DNA of 64,000 bases from Pseudomonadota bacterium (GCA_029555385.1 JAKPSH010000288.1:26718-90717), one strand, 5' to 3'. Shown: positions 36,461 to 46,973, counted from the first letter of the stretch. A program made the numbers and translations. Notes: generated by a model not told the origin, from the letters alone.

Positions 36461-37789
36461 CTATTCGAGGCGTATTTTTACCGAACGGCAGTGCGCATCC
36501 AGAGATTCCACACTGCTTATTGCACTAATCACTGGTTCCAGTGCACGCAGTCCTTCGCGAGTAAGACGCTGGATTTCAGATTTTTTAAGAAAAGTATCTA
36601 CCCCGATTGGCGAAACAGTCTTCGGCGCGATCCCGGTCGGCAAGCAATGGTTGGTTCCGCTGGCATAATCACCTACGGCAACAGGTGCATAAGGACCGAG
36701 AAAAATCGAACCAGCGTTCACAATCGTTGCACATATTTCGTCCGGCTCGGACGTGATAATCTCAAGATGTTCAGCGCTGTAATCATTAGCAAAAGCGACA
36801 ACTTCTTTCATATCACGGAAAACAATAATAGCGCTGTAGCGGCCAAGTGCGGTTTGGGCAACGTCCCGGCGACTGAGCAGCGGTAGCTGTCGGGCAATTT
36901 CCTTCCGCGTTTCTTCGGCTAAAATGCGGCTCGCTGTAGCCAAAACCGCGCATGCGTTCTGGTCATGTTCACAGCGAGCCAGAATATCGGCAGCACAATA
37001 ATCGGGACGTGCTGTTTCATCCGCAATAATCAATGCTTCTGATGGCCCCGACAGCATATCAATCGCCGTGCCGCGCAGGGAGACCTCCATCTTCGCCGCT
37101 TGTGTGTAAATACTTCCGGGACCAGCAATTTTCAAAACAGGCTGAATGGTTTCCGTACCCAAGCTCATAGCCGCGACACCGGCGATTCCGCCAACGCGAT
37201 AAAGCTCATCCACGCCCGCGAGATCGGCAGCTATCAGCATCTCGTAGTGTTTGCCAGTCGGCGGAAAACAGGCGATAACCCGTTTCACACCAGCCGTCTT
37301 TGCCGCAACAGCGAGAACTTGCATGACCGTCGGCAACGGCACCTGCCCTGCAGGGACAGTAAGTCCTGCACTTTCGATTGGAGTAATCTTCCATCCGGTG
37401 GCAACACCCGGAACGAATTCGCTCATTTCCTGCCACCGCTTTGGCAGCTGGCGCTCGTGAAATTCGCGAGATATCTCGATCTGGCGGCGGATCATCGCCA
37501 CCACATGAGGATCCACGGCAGAATATGCTTCGGCGATATCGTTGGGAACAACACGGAGGCGTTCAACGCTGAAGTGTGGGTCATCGTAAGTGCGAATGTA
37601 TTCAACCAGTGCGCGATCGCCATCCGTCCGAATTCTTTCAATCCACTGCTGCGCCGCACTGCGCGCGGCACCCATTTCCTGCTGGGAGCGCCCCATCACT
37701 CGCTGCTTTATCTCCGCCGGAGCCTGGGCCCATTCGACTATCGGAATCAAGTTCTTTACCGTTTCAGTTTGATTCGTTTCTGGCTGCAT
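36461..37789 (-). CDS. hisD: Histidinol dehydrogenase
   Basis: 442 aa; 'IIVFRDMKEVVAFANDYSAEHLEI', 'GDYASGTNHCLPT' conserved regions. Confidence 0.9.
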   Translation of the reverse strand: MQPETNQTETVKNLIPIVEWAQAPAEIKQRVMGRSQQEMGAARSAAQQWIERIRTDGDRALVEYIRTYDDPHFSVERLRVVPNDIAEAYSAVDPHVVAMIRRQIEISREFHERQLPKRWQEMSEFVPGVATGWKITPIESAGLTVPAGQVPLPTVMQVLAVAAKTAGVKRVIACFPPTGKHYEMLIAADLAGVDELYRVGGIAGVAAMSLGTETIQPVLKIAGPGSIYTQAAKMEVSLRGTAIDMLSGPSEALIIADETARPDYCAADILARCEHDQNACAVLATASRILAEETRKEIARQLPLLSRRDVAQTALGRYSAIIVFRDMKEVVAFANDYSAEHLEIITSEPDEICATIVNAGSIFLGPYAPVAVGDYASGTNHCLPTGIAPKTVSPIGVDTFLKKSEIQRLTREGLRALEPVISAISSVESLDAHCRSVKIRLE

Positions 37790-37798
37790 CTTTACTCC

Positions 37799-38998
37799 TC
37801 ACGTAAATCGCTTAGACATTCGGCTCCAATGTTCGATTCTATCGAAGGCCTTATTTATATCGTCTTCCGTCCCGCCGTATGACATACGTACATGAGTCTC
37901 TCCGCCCGGCCCAAAGGCAGCACCGGGTATCGTGATCACCTTTGCTTCAAAAAGAAGCCGGTGCGCAAACTCGGCTGAATTAATATCCCATTTCAGATAA
38001 CGCGGCAGCACGTAGTAGGCTCCGCCGGGTTGGACATATGAGAAAAACTCCGCAAGGCTGTCTAATCGCGCACAAATAAGCTCCCGCCGCCGCGCGAGCA
38101 CATCACGCACGGTCTCTTCTTTGCACTCTGCGCGATTTGTCAATGCGGCAAGCGCGGCATACTGCGAAACTGTCGGCGCACAGATGACCGCCGCGTCATG
38201 CACTTTAAGGGCTTGCTCGATCACCTCTGCCGGCGCCACCATGTAACCCACGCGCCAGCCGGTCATTGCGAATTCTTTAGAGAAGCTCCCGCACAAAATA
38301 ACCATGTCCTTTATATTCGAAAACGATGCCAAGCTCTTATGGCAGAACCCGTCGTAGACAAGAAAGTCGTAAGTTTCGTCAGCAATAATATAAAGACCGT
38401 GCTCACGGGCAATTTTCACGATGACACTTAGCTCAGCGACGGAAAACACTTTCCCCGTCGGGTTCCCGGGGTTGCAGACAATCACTGCTTTAGTCTTTGC
38501 ACTAACTGCACGGCGTAATAATTCTTCGTCCAGTGCCCAGCCATCGTTTTCAATCAGCGGAACGAAGACTGGCGTACCGCTTGCGAACTTTACTTGTTCG
38601 ATATGTGAGGCGTAACTAGGATCAAAAAGAATGACTTCGTCACCCTCATCAACCAGACTGACAACTGCGGCAAAAAGCGCTTCCATCGCCCCTGCACTAA
38701 TAAACACTTCTAATTCAGGATCAATGAAACGTCCCGCAGTTTGCGCTATTTTCTGCGCAACAGATTGCTTAAGCTCGGGTACTCCTGGCTGCAGCGAGTA
38801 CTTCCCAATATCGGCATCATGTTTAAGGAGTTCTATCACCTGGCGGCGAATGTACTCCGGTGTTCGCACTGACGGAATGCCTTGTCCGAGCGAAACCGCA
38901 TCAGGAACCGACCGGGCAAGAAGCGGCATCTGCTTGATTGCAGACACTTCGATTCTTTTCACTCGTCGTGCAAAACCTAATGCCTTACTCCTTTCCAC
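37799..38998 (-). CDS. hisC: Class-I aminotransferase (histidinol-phosphate aminotransferase role by operon context)
   Basis: PLP-lysine region 'SFSKEFAMTGWRVGY', 'NPGNPTG'; position between hisD and hisN. Confidence 0.7.
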   Translation of the reverse strand: MERSKALGFARRVKRIEVSAIKQMPLLARSVPDAVSLGQGIPSVRTPEYIRRQVIELLKHDADIGKYSLQPGVPELKQSVAQKIAQTAGRFIDPELEVFISAGAMEALFAAVVSLVDEGDEVILFDPSYASHIEQVKFASGTPVFVPLIENDGWALDEELLRRAVSAKTKAVIVCNPGNPTGKVFSVAELSVIVKIAREHGLYIIADETYDFLVYDGFCHKSLASFSNIKDMVILCGSFSKEFAMTGWRVGYMVAPAEVIEQALKVHDAAVICAPTVSQYAALAALTNRAECKEETVRDVLARRRELICARLDSLAEFFSYVQPGGAYYVLPRYLKWDINSAEFAHRLLFEAKVITIPGAAFGPGGETHVRMSYGGTEDDINKAFDRIEHWSRMSKRFT

Positions 38999-39926
38999 AG
39001 CAAAATGCTCCAGTTATACGCAAATCAGCATCAACAGTAATCCGGCGCGACCGATCCGGCGGGACAACGGCCAATCCCGCATTCCACAGCGAAGAAAGCT
39101 CATCGACACGAGGAGCACATGCTACCATATGCACATCTTCTTCGATCCTCCCAAGTCTCACCTTCCAGCCCTGTGCACGCAATGCACCTAAAAACACCAA
39201 GTCATAGTCCGGGTAACACTTCTTGCCTTTCAAACTCGGCAGCCATAATAACCCGTCGACTTTGCCTTGATACAAATTCCATCCCGCCCAAACAGCAGAG
39301 TCATATCCTACGAATTCAAAATCATCAGCACTCCATATGTCCTCCGATTTATCCAGCTCTTCAGCAAAAGATTCGATGCCACCTGCATTGTAGTCAAAAA
39401 TATCCAGCCGGAGCTTCACCCCCGTTCGCCGCTTAGTTGTCCAATCAACGACCGGAGGAGATGACGACATTGAGGAAAAAACCGCGCCATTTGAAACCAT
39501 GTTCCATGAATACTTAAGCTGTCCCGTTAGGCTGCATAGACCCGCCATCACACCCCACTCATCGCTGCCCCGGCAAAAAGCATTTGTTCCGTCCAATGGA
39601 TCAATGATCAGTTGCCAACGCAAGTCATTCGTTCGGAACATTTCTTGGTCAGACGCCAACCTCTCTTCTGACTTGATCAAGTAAGAACCGGCTAAAGAAG
39701 ACTGGCCAAAAAAAGCAAGCAGCAATTCTTGAATGGCATAATCCGCTTCCGTTACAAAATCGGCAGGCGCTTTTTCAGCAACAAAAGCGGCATTAATCCC
39801 GAGCTTACCCCGGGTAGCTGAAGCAATTTTCAGGATCTCGTCCACCGGAATCCGAGAGAACGCATCGGTTATATTAGAGTCCTCCACATCTTGCACACGG
39901 CGCTGGGTTTGGTCGTTCATCGGCAC
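38985..39926 (-). CDS. hisN: Inositol-monophosphatase-family phosphatase (HisN-type histidinol-phosphatase by context)
   Basis: 'WQLIIDPLDGTNAF' IMPase metal-binding motif; located within the his operon. Confidence 0.6.
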   Translation of the reverse strand: MPMNDQTQRRVQDVEDSNITDAFSRIPVDEILKIASATRGKLGINAAFVAEKAPADFVTEADYAIQELLLAFFGQSSLAGSYLIKSEERLASDQEMFRTNDLRWQLIIDPLDGTNAFCRGSDEWGVMAGLCSLTGQLKYSWNMVSNGAVFSSMSSSPPVVDWTTKRRTGVKLRLDIFDYNAGGIESFAEELDKSEDIWSADDFEFVGYDSAVWAGWNLYQGKVDGLLWLPSLKGKKCYPDYDLVFLGALRAQGWKVRLGRIEEDVHMVACAPRVDELSSLWNAGLAVVPPDRSRRITVDADLRITGAFCCGKE

Positions 39927-39930
39927 CGCC

Positions 39931-41196
39931 TTAAGAATGTCTGGATTTCGCCAAGCCCGGACGCCGGGTTACCTTGAGCATCCGCCGCCCAAGCTCCGCT
40001 TCCACATCACTCCAGGAGGCGCCATTTTTTATCAGCTTAACTAGGGTAAAATACAGCAAATCCGCAGCCTCACACACTGCTTCTTCGCTGTTCTCGGCTG
40101 CGACAACCTCTCCGGCCTCTTCCAGCAGCTTAGCCTCGAGCAATTCGCTATCATCAAGCAAACGCTTGGTATAGGATTCCGGCGGCGCATCTTTTACGCG
40201 TGATTGCACATGCCGGAACACATCGTCGATACCGCGCAGCGCACCCCAGCATGTGCGCGTTCCCAAATGACAGAACCCGGAACCGTGCTGGCGCACGGTA
40301 AAGCGCAGCGCATCTGAATCACAGTCCAGATCGATGCGCAGCAGCTCTTGCGCCGCACCGGATGTCTCACCTTTGCGCCAGATGCCGCGCTTTCGCGAAT
40401 GATAGACTCCCCGCCGCAGCGCTACGGCCTCATTGACGCTTTCCTGAGATGACCAGGCCAGGCCGAGGGCTATACCGTGCTCGTCGCAAACCACGGTCGG
40501 CCAAAGACCGTCGCTGCGCTCACTCTTCAGCGGCGCGGTAATTGCACGGGCCAGTGTCAGCCTGTTTGTGTATAGAGCCATCCCCACCTGCGCATCGATG
40601 CCCTGTGCGGCGAGTGCAGCGATTTCTTCCGCCGAAGTAATCCCCCCGGCCACAGTGATCCTCGCACCGCCGGCGGCGTTAAGCAGCTCACCGGTGCGCT
40701 CCAGTGCGCTGCCTTGCATCCGGCCTTCATGTTCGACAAATGTCACGAGAAACCCGCTGACGAAATCGCGAAGTTCGACCATCTTTTCCAGGATATTCCG
40801 TCCGGTTTTCGTCTGCCACCCTTCGACGACCACCTCACCGTGCACGGCGTCCAACGCGGCGATCAAACGTTCACGCGGAAGCTGTGCAAGTATTTCTGGA
40901 ACTGCTTTTGTCCCAAGGATTACCTTTTCCGCCCCAGCATCCAGCCATTTGAGCGCCGCTTCGACATCGCGAATACCTCCGCCAACGCGGCAAGGGCAGC
41001 GCCGGACAAGCGCGTTGACGACTTGCGCATTAGAGCCGCGGCCGAGCGCCGCATCAAGATCAATTACCGCAATTTCACCGGCCACGGAAAAACGCTCAGC
41101 TATGGGCAGCGGATCTCCGGCATCAAGTGCTTTCTCCTTGCCGCCGACCAATTGCACCGCCTGTCCATTCATCAAATCAATCGATGGAATAATCAT
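39931..41196 (-). CDS. hisA: Trifunctional fusion HisA (ProFAR isomerase) + HisI (PR-AMP cyclohydrolase) + HisE (PR-ATP pyrophosphatase)
   Basis: N-term '[19 protein letters not shown]...VGGGIR' (HisA); middle '[45 protein letters not shown]' (HisI); C-term '[10 protein letters not shown]...[10 protein letters not shown]...[11 protein letters not shown]' (HisE). Confidence 0.8.
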   Translation of the reverse strand: MIIPSIDLMNGQAVQLVGGKEKALDAGDPLPIAERFSVAGEIAVIDLDAALGRGSNAQVVNALVRRCPCRVGGGIRDVEAALKWLDAGAEKVILGTKAVPEILAQLPRERLIAALDAVHGEVVVEGWQTKTGRNILEKMVELRDFVSGFLVTFVEHEGRMQGSALERTGELLNAAGGARITVAGGITSAEEIAALAAQGIDAQVGMALYTNRLTLARAITAPLKSERSDGLWPTVVCDEHGIALGLAWSSQESVNEAVALRRGVYHSRKRGIWRKGETSGAAQELLRIDLDCDSDALRFTVRQHGSGFCHLGTRTCWGALRGIDDVFRHVQSRVKDAPPESYTKRLLDDSELLEAKLLEEAGEVVAAENSEEAVCEAADLLYFTLVKLIKNGASWSDVEAELGRRMLKVTRRPGLAKSRHS

Positions 41197-41972
41197 CGCC
41201 GGACCTCCACTCCATTTGCCGCAAGGAATTCTTTCAGCTCCTGCACAGTATAATTTCCTTCATGAAAAATAGAGGCAGCTAACACAGCATCCGCGCCGCT
41301 GCGAAGCGCATCCACCATATGTTCCGGAGAATCCGCGCCGCCTGAGGCAATTACCGGAACAGTCACCGCCTGAGATACAGCGTTGAGCAGTTCCAAATCA
41401 TAACCGCTACGCGTTCCATCACGATCCCAGCTCGTCAGCAGGATCTCACCGGCACCAAGCTGCACAGCCTGAACTGCCCATTGGACAGCGTCCAGACCCG
41501 TGCGGATGGTCCCCGAACGTATCACGACCTCCCAACGGCTCTGCGGCAGTTCATCTGCATCAAAAACCGGGCGCACAGCGGCATCAAGCGCAAGAATCGC
41601 GCATTGGCTGCCGAACTTTCCGGCGATTTCCTCGATCAACTGCGGGCGCGCCACCGCCGCGGTGTTGACTGAAACCTTGTCCGCCCCCGCTTCCAGCAGC
41701 GCACGCGCGTGTTCGCTGGTGCTTACGCCGCCGCCGGTGGTCAGCGGAATGGACAACTGCGCCCACACCCGCCGCACCGTGTCCAGATGCGTGGTCCGTC
41801 CTTCCGGCGTGGCCGAGACATCAAGAAACACGATTTCATCCGCGCCCTGCTGCTCATAAATCCCGGCCAGCTCCTCCGGACAACCGGCATCACGAAGTCC
41901 GGCAAAGCGCACTCCTTTTACAACCCGGCCGTCGCGGACATCAAGGCAGGGAATTATTCTTGCAGCAAGCAT
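41193..41972 (-). CDS. hisF: Imidazole glycerol phosphate synthase cyclase subunit
   Basis: '[19 protein letters not shown]', '[12 protein letters not shown]', 'PVIASGG'. Confidence 0.9.
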   Translation of the reverse strand: MLAARIIPCLDVRDGRVVKGVRFAGLRDAGCPEELAGIYEQQGADEIVFLDVSATPEGRTTHLDTVRRVWAQLSIPLTTGGGVSTSEHARALLEAGADKVSVNTAAVARPQLIEEIAGKFGSQCAILALDAAVRPVFDADELPQSRWEVVIRSGTIRTGLDAVQWAVQAVQLGAGEILLTSWDRDGTRSGYDLELLNAVSQAVTVPVIASGGADSPEHMVDALRSGADAVLAASIFHEGNYTVQELKEFLAANGVEVRR

Positions 41973-41992
41973 CTGCTCCTCTCACAAAACTT

Positions 41993-42610
41993 TCAAACAT
42001 CAAGCCAGCGTTTGATCAGACCTTCCCCCCAGACCCCCGACAACTCCGGATGAAACTGGCAGCATAGAACAGCACCCCGTTCGAAGCCGGCGACAAACCG
42101 CTCTCCATGCATTGCGTAAGCCGTTGACCACTGCGCAGGGATGCCGCTGGCGTAGTATGAATTCGCAAAATACGCATAACCCGGTTGAAGAAGCACGCAC
42201 CCCGCATCAGGCAAAACTTTGTTCCAGCCAAGCTGCGGAACTCGTACCGTGCCCGGGAAACGGCGGATTTTCCCGTCAAATACAGCGATGCCTTCTATTC
42301 CCGGCGTTTCCTCACTTCCGGCAAAAAGCAGTTGCAGTCCTAAGCAAACGGCAAATGTCGGCATCGACTGACTGATGCGGTCGCGCAGCACGTCAACTAT
42401 GCCGATACGCCGCAAGGTTTCCATGCCGGCGCCGAAGGCGCCGACCCCCGGGAGAACAAGCTTTTCCGCCGAAGCGATTTCATGCAAATCTTCGCTGAGC
42501 ACCGCCGCCGCGCCCGCGCGAGTCAGCGCTGCGATAATTGAAGCTGTATTGGCTATCCCGGTGCGCACGATGACTACTTTGGGAGCTCGGCTCATTCGAC
42601 ATACCCTCAT
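41993..42610 (-). CDS. hisH: Imidazole glycerol phosphate synthase glutamine amidotransferase subunit
   Basis: 'VLPGVGAFG', catalytic-Cys context 'AVCLGLQLLF', 'CCQFHPE'. Confidence 0.85.
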   Translation of the reverse strand: MRVCRMSRAPKVVIVRTGIANTASIIAALTRAGAAAVLSEDLHEIASAEKLVLPGVGAFGAGMETLRRIGIVDVLRDRISQSMPTFAVCLGLQLLFAGSEETPGIEGIAVFDGKIRRFPGTVRVPQLGWNKVLPDAGCVLLQPGYAYFANSYYASGIPAQWSTAYAMHGERFVAGFERGAVLCCQFHPELSGVWGEGLIKRWLDV

Positions 42611-43473
42611 GGCACAATTTGAGACGGGGAAGTAATCACGATATCAGACCCGCCGCGCTCTTTAATTTGCGGAATCAGCAGCGGCAGCGCTTCGCGCAGC
42701 ACCGCAGCTTTCACGGCATAACCGGCATCACCATGCAGCGGAGAGATCGTATGTTCTCTCATGCATGGAATTACCTCCAGCAGCCTCTCCAGGTCACTGC
42801 CCGATACATTGACTTCCAGCATGACACGCTTCCGGGCTTCCAGCACGGAGCGGACAACTAAAACAAAGCGGTCAATTACCGGCCGTTTCTGCGTGTCGCT
42901 CATTGCTTTTGGACTGGCATAAAGCCGGGTTGAAGACGGCATCAGCTCTTCGACAACATCCAGATTGTTCGCCTTCAGCGTCGAGCCGGATGCGGTATTG
43001 TCAACAATGCAGTCGGCATCTTCCGGCGGAAATACTTCAGTCGCACCATATGAACGCACAAACGTCGCCTGGAGTTTACGGCTTAAAATCCATTGTCTGG
43101 TCATTTGTTCGTATTCAGACGCGATAATCAATTGGCGATCGGGATTCGCGCCGCCGCTAAATAATCCGGCGGGCGCGGCCGCAACTACGGACACGGGGTC
43201 AAGCCCGGTATCGAGAAGCTCGATTACCTCCACACCGAGCTCCCGCACCCAGTCGGCACCGGCAAATCCCAAGTCCCGGGAGCCAATGGCCAGCATCTCG
43301 ACAATATTCTGCGGTTTCAGCATTTTTACGGAAAAACCCGGCAAAGAAACGAGCGGGCGATATGCACGGCTTCCCGCATGGATGCGTATTCCCGCTTCAT
43401 CGAGAAGTTTAAGCACGCCGGACTCCATTCTTCCTTTCGGAAGGGCTAGTTTAATCAATGCTTCTTTTTCCAA
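42607..43473 (-). CDS. hisG: ATP phosphoribosyltransferase (long form)
   Basis: 'LIKLALPKGRMESGVLKLL', 288 aa with C-terminal regulatory domain; first gene of the minus-strand his operon. Confidence 0.85.
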   Translation of the reverse strand: MEKEALIKLALPKGRMESGVLKLLDEAGIRIHAGSRAYRPLVSLPGFSVKMLKPQNIVEMLAIGSRDLGFAGADWVRELGVEVIELLDTGLDPVSVVAAAPAGLFSGGANPDRQLIIASEYEQMTRQWILSRKLQATFVRSYGATEVFPPEDADCIVDNTASGSTLKANNLDVVEELMPSSTRLYASPKAMSDTQKRPVIDRFVLVVRSVLEARKRVMLEVNVSGSDLERLLEVIPCMREHTISPLHGDAGYAVKAAVLREALPLLIPQIKERGGSDIVITSPSQIVP

Positions 43474-43838
43474 AAGTCACCTCACATCCGGATGGAATAT
43501 ATTATAGCCGGCTGCGGCCAGCCTCTGGCCGCGCAGGCTTTCTGTGGCGTAAAATTAGAGAATTTCGGCTGCGACCCGAATACTCTTACCAAATAACAAA
43601 AATTTAGAAACGGAAGTTAGTTAATTTTGGCGGTGCGGCCGCCGTGAGGATGACCGCCATGCTGAGAAACGGGAGAAGAAATATAGCAAGATTGCATGTT
43701 TTCCATGCGGGATCTATCACATAAGACACGTTTGCTGTCAATATTGCACAAAAGAGAAGCGCAATCTTTCACTGTTCCTGACGGTAAGTTTCGTTTATTC
43801 TGGCGCTGATATGATTAATTCTATTCAATGCATCGGCA

Positions 43839-45788
43839 ATGAATAATTCTCTCGATTCAGAATTGCCTTTTGCCGCCGGTACTTTAATTGATAATAGATA
43901 TGAGATCGTCGGCGAGTTGAGCAAAGGCGACCAAGGCACCGTATACGAGGTGCGCGATCAAGCGCTGAACAACGAAACTATCGCGCTCAAAGTGCTGTAT
44001 CCGCATTTAATTGCCGATGCAGCTTTGCTCGCCCGTCTCGGGCATGAGCTGCAATTCGCCCGCCGCCTCGGCCACCCAAATATTGTTTCCGTTTTTGATG
44101 CCGGCGTGGCGGACGATCGCTTCCCCTACGTTACGATGGAGCTTTTCCACGGGGAAAGTCTTGCCGAGCGCCTCCGGCAAGGCCCTCTGCCGCTTGAGGA
44201 TATCCTCCATATTCTTGTGCAGGTCTGTCACGGACTTTCCGCGGCGCACCAGATGGGCATCGTTCATCGCGATTTGCGCCCCGCGCACATCTTGCTGGAC
44301 AGTGAAGACAACGTAAAAATAGGAGGATTTTATCTTGCCCGGCGTTTCCCATTGGAGGCTGGCCTCGATGGCGAGGATTGGATAAAGCAAATACACGCGG
44401 AGTACTATAAGGCACCTGAACAATTTCAATCCGCAATAGTTGATCCGCGCGTAGATATTTATGCTCTAGGCATTATCGCGTTTGAGATGCTCTCCGGTGA
44501 AAAACCCTTTGTCTCTACAGATTCCGTCAGACTTGCGGAAATGCATTTCTCAGAACCGCTGCCTAAGCTTGCGCCGCTGCGCCATGATGTCCCGCCCTGG
44601 CTGGAGAAGCTGGTCCAAAAATGCGCCAACAAGAATCCCGATCAACGCTGCCCGGGCGCAGACGCAGTCTTATCCGTCCTCTATGAAAACGCGCCGGAGT
44701 TCTTTTCGGAAGCAACGCAGCTTAGTAATTTTGTGCTCGCCCGTTCTGTTTCGCCTCCGGTTCCTTTTTTATCACACTTTGCCTGGCTGAGCCGGTTTCT
44801 TGCTTTGGCCGTTCTTTGCGGCATCGTTTTCTTGGCGGTGCGCACCGCGTGGTACCAGTCGGTACCCATGGAAGAAAAACATGTGGCGGTCGAGGAAGAG
44901 CCTCCTCTTCTGGAACCAAAATCAGCCGGGTCCCCTTCACCGAACCTCGCAGATCAAGACGGCATTACGCCGCTGATGTGGGCAAGCGAAAAAGGGGACA
45001 TCGATATGCTCAGTGTCTTGCTGGTTCAAGGCGTCAAGCTTGATGAACAGGACAATAAAGGCTGGACTGCTTTAATCTATGCTGCCGGACAAGGACAGCT
45101 TACAACAGCAGAAAAACTCCTGGCCTCAGGCGCCGCGGTTGATGCACGCGATAAAAACGGCGCTGCCGCGCTGCATCATGCAGCAGCACGCGGCGCGTTA
45201 GATGTTGCTTCATTGCTCCTCAAACACGGAGCCGATATTAACGCTGTCGATAACGATGGGCAGACGGCGCTGATTTATGCCGTTAAGCGCCACAATCCGG
45301 CCCTAATTACCTTGCTGCTCGACAACAAAGCGAGGCTGGACATCTACGACAAGGACGCGCGCAGCGTGTTTTTCTACGCCGATAAAGACGAGCTGCGGCA
45401 GTTGAGCAACCGGGCAGTTGCCAAATCAGACCCTGAAAGCAAAGTCAAAAGAGTTGGACTCCCCACAACGCCAAATCAACCGCAGTTGAATTACCCAAAG
45501 CGAACGCGGCTGCGCGCTGGAGTTCCGCGAGGAGTCTGGGAAGAACGAGGTCCTGCCGGTGCGGTACTTCTCTCGTGCAAAGTCGAAGTGTTGAATGCCG
45601 GTGAAACAGATGCGCACGATGTCAAAGTCTCGGTTGTCACCCCGCTTGGACAAATCGTTGATTTACCGGGACCGGAAACATTGCCCAAGAATTCCCGGGC
45701 CGAATATTCAAACGAAAACATCGAAGTATTCGCACCAACCAAAGGCAGACTCTCTGTCCGATCCGATTGCGCCAACTGCCGCAAGTGA
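43839..45788 (+). CDS. Ser/Thr-kinase-like protein (probable pseudokinase) - TM helix - ankyrin-repeat domain
   Basis: Kinase fold with 'IALK', 'HRDLRPAHILLD' (Lys->Arg, Asn->His), 'IGGF' in place of DFG, 'YKAPEQF'; TM 'FAWLSRFLALAVLCGIVFLAV'; at least 4 ankyrin repeats ('DGITPLMWASEKGDIDMLSVLLVQGVKLD...'). Confidence 0.8.
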   Translation: MNNSLDSELPFAAGTLIDNRYEIVGELSKGDQGTVYEVRDQALNNETIALKVLYPHLIADAALLARLGHELQFARRLGHPNIVSVFDAGVADDRFPYVTMELFHGESLAERLRQGPLPLEDILHILVQVCHGLSAAHQMGIVHRDLRPAHILLDSEDNVKIGGFYLARRFPLEAGLDGEDWIKQIHAEYYKAPEQFQSAIVDPRVDIYALGIIAFEMLSGEKPFVSTDSVRLAEMHFSEPLPKLAPLRHDVPPWLEKLVQKCANKNPDQRCPGADAVLSVLYENAPEFFSEATQLSNFVLARSVSPPVPFLSHFAWLSRFLALAVLCGIVFLAVRTAWYQSVPMEEKHVAVEEEPPLLEPKSAGSPSPNLADQDGITPLMWASEKGDIDMLSVLLVQGVKLDEQDNKGWTALIYAAGQGQLTTAEKLLASGAAVDARDKNGAAALHHAAARGALDVASLLLKHGADINAVDNDGQTALIYAVKRHNPALITLLLDNKARLDIYDKDARSVFFYADKDELRQLSNRAVAKSDPESKVKRVGLPTTPNQPQLNYPKRTRLRAGVPRGVWEERGPAGAVLLSCKVEVLNAGETDAHDVKVSVVTPLGQIVDLPGPETLPKNSRAEYSNENIEVFAPTKGRLSVRSDCANCRK

Positions 45789-45935
45789 TCGCTTACTGCA
45801 CTCAGCGCGAAAACCAGCTGCAATTACAGCGGCTTAGCGCGCCAGCACACGACTGCTGTATTCTTTTCTGTCTCTGAGGTATTTAATGTATTTATAATAA
45901 TCCTCCGGCGAGCACAGCGTTCATGCGGAACAAGT

Positions 45936-46973
45936 ATGGGAAATAAATTTTCGGCCCTTCAAACACAAATCTTCTCAACACAGGCATTAAATGAAATCCA
46001 AGAAGCCCTGCATGAGCTGCATGAGGAATCAAAAGATTTAGGGTTCGGCCCGGATATCACACAGCACGTCAATCAGAGACTCTTGAACAAGGATGGCTCT
46101 TTTAATGTGCGCCGCGAAGGATACAACTTGTTTCGATCGCGCAGCATTTATCACGCACTGCTTAACTCAAAGTGGCAGCATTTTTTTGCTATTATCTTTT
46201 GCGCTTATATTGTGATCAACTTTTTTTTTGCTGCTTTGTTTTTTGCTCTTGGGCCAGAAGCTCTAGCCGGATCTGACGCGACGGGCTTGGCGCTTTTTTT
46301 TGATTGTTTCTTTTTCAGCGTCCAAACTTTTTCGACGGTCGGTTACGAAAAATTGCATCCGATAAGTTTGACGGCGAATTTCTTGGTTACACTCCAGTCA
46401 TTGGTCGGACTGCTTGGTTTTGCCCTGGCGACTGGATTGCTTTTTACCCGCTTTTCCCGGCCAAGCTCAAAAGTAATCTTCAGCAAGTTTGCGCTTATTG
46501 CACCGCAGCAAGACGGACTTGCCTTTGAATTCCGCGCAGTCAACGCAAGACCGAACATGCTGCTGCACTTGGAAGCTCGTGTAGTAATGAGCCGGCTGGA
46601 ACGGCAAGGCGGCTGCGTGCGGCGCAAGTTCTACGATTTAGAGCTCGAACGCCGGCAAATTATGTTCTTTCCGCTGCACTGGACGATCGTCCACCCGATT
46701 GATCAAGACAGTCCCCTGTGCGGAGCAACCAGGGAAGAACTTGCCCAATCCGATGCAGAATTCCTGGTCATGCTCAGCGGCATGGACGATACTTTTTGGC
46801 AGACAGTCTACACATGGACCTCTTATAAGCACAACGAGATCGTTTGGGGCGGCGCGTTTGACAACATTTTAGAGACATGTCCGGACGGCAGCGTTAAGAT
46901 AAACTTGGACCGTGTGCATGAATTCCACCGCGTAGAAATCGCTCCGGCGCTCAAAGCAGCCAATAGCTCATGA
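45936..46973 (+). CDS. Inward-rectifier-type (KirBac-like) potassium channel with atypical filter TVGYE
   Basis: N-term 'RLLNKDGSFNVRREGYNLFRSRSIYHALLNSKWQHFF', pore 'FFFSVQTFSTVGYEKLHP', cytoplasmic Ig-like C-domain; codon usage markedly AT-richer than neighbours. Confidence 0.8.
   Translation: MGNKFSALQTQIFSTQALNEIQEALHELHEESKDLGFGPDITQHVNQRLLNKDGSFNVRREGYNLFRSRSIYHALLNSKWQHFFAIIFCAYIVINFFFAALFFALGPEALAGSDATGLALFFDCFFFSVQTFSTVGYEKLHPISLTANFLVTLQSLVGLLGFALATGLLFTRFSRPSSKVIFSKFALIAPQQDGLAFEFRAVNARPNMLLHLEARVVMSRLERQGGCVRRKFYDLELERRQIMFFPLHWTIVHPIDQDSPLCGATREELAQSDAEFLVMLSGMDDTFWQTVYTWTSYKHNEIVWGGAFDNILETCPDGSVKINLDRVHEFHRVEIAPALKAANSS

Noticed and set aside
43474-43838. His-codon leader peptide / attenuator upstream of hisG
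   Set aside because: No run of His codons was found on the hisG strand. A GGCGGT...ACCGCC stem exists, but it is followed by A-rich rather than U-rich sequence, so there is no support for classical attenuation.
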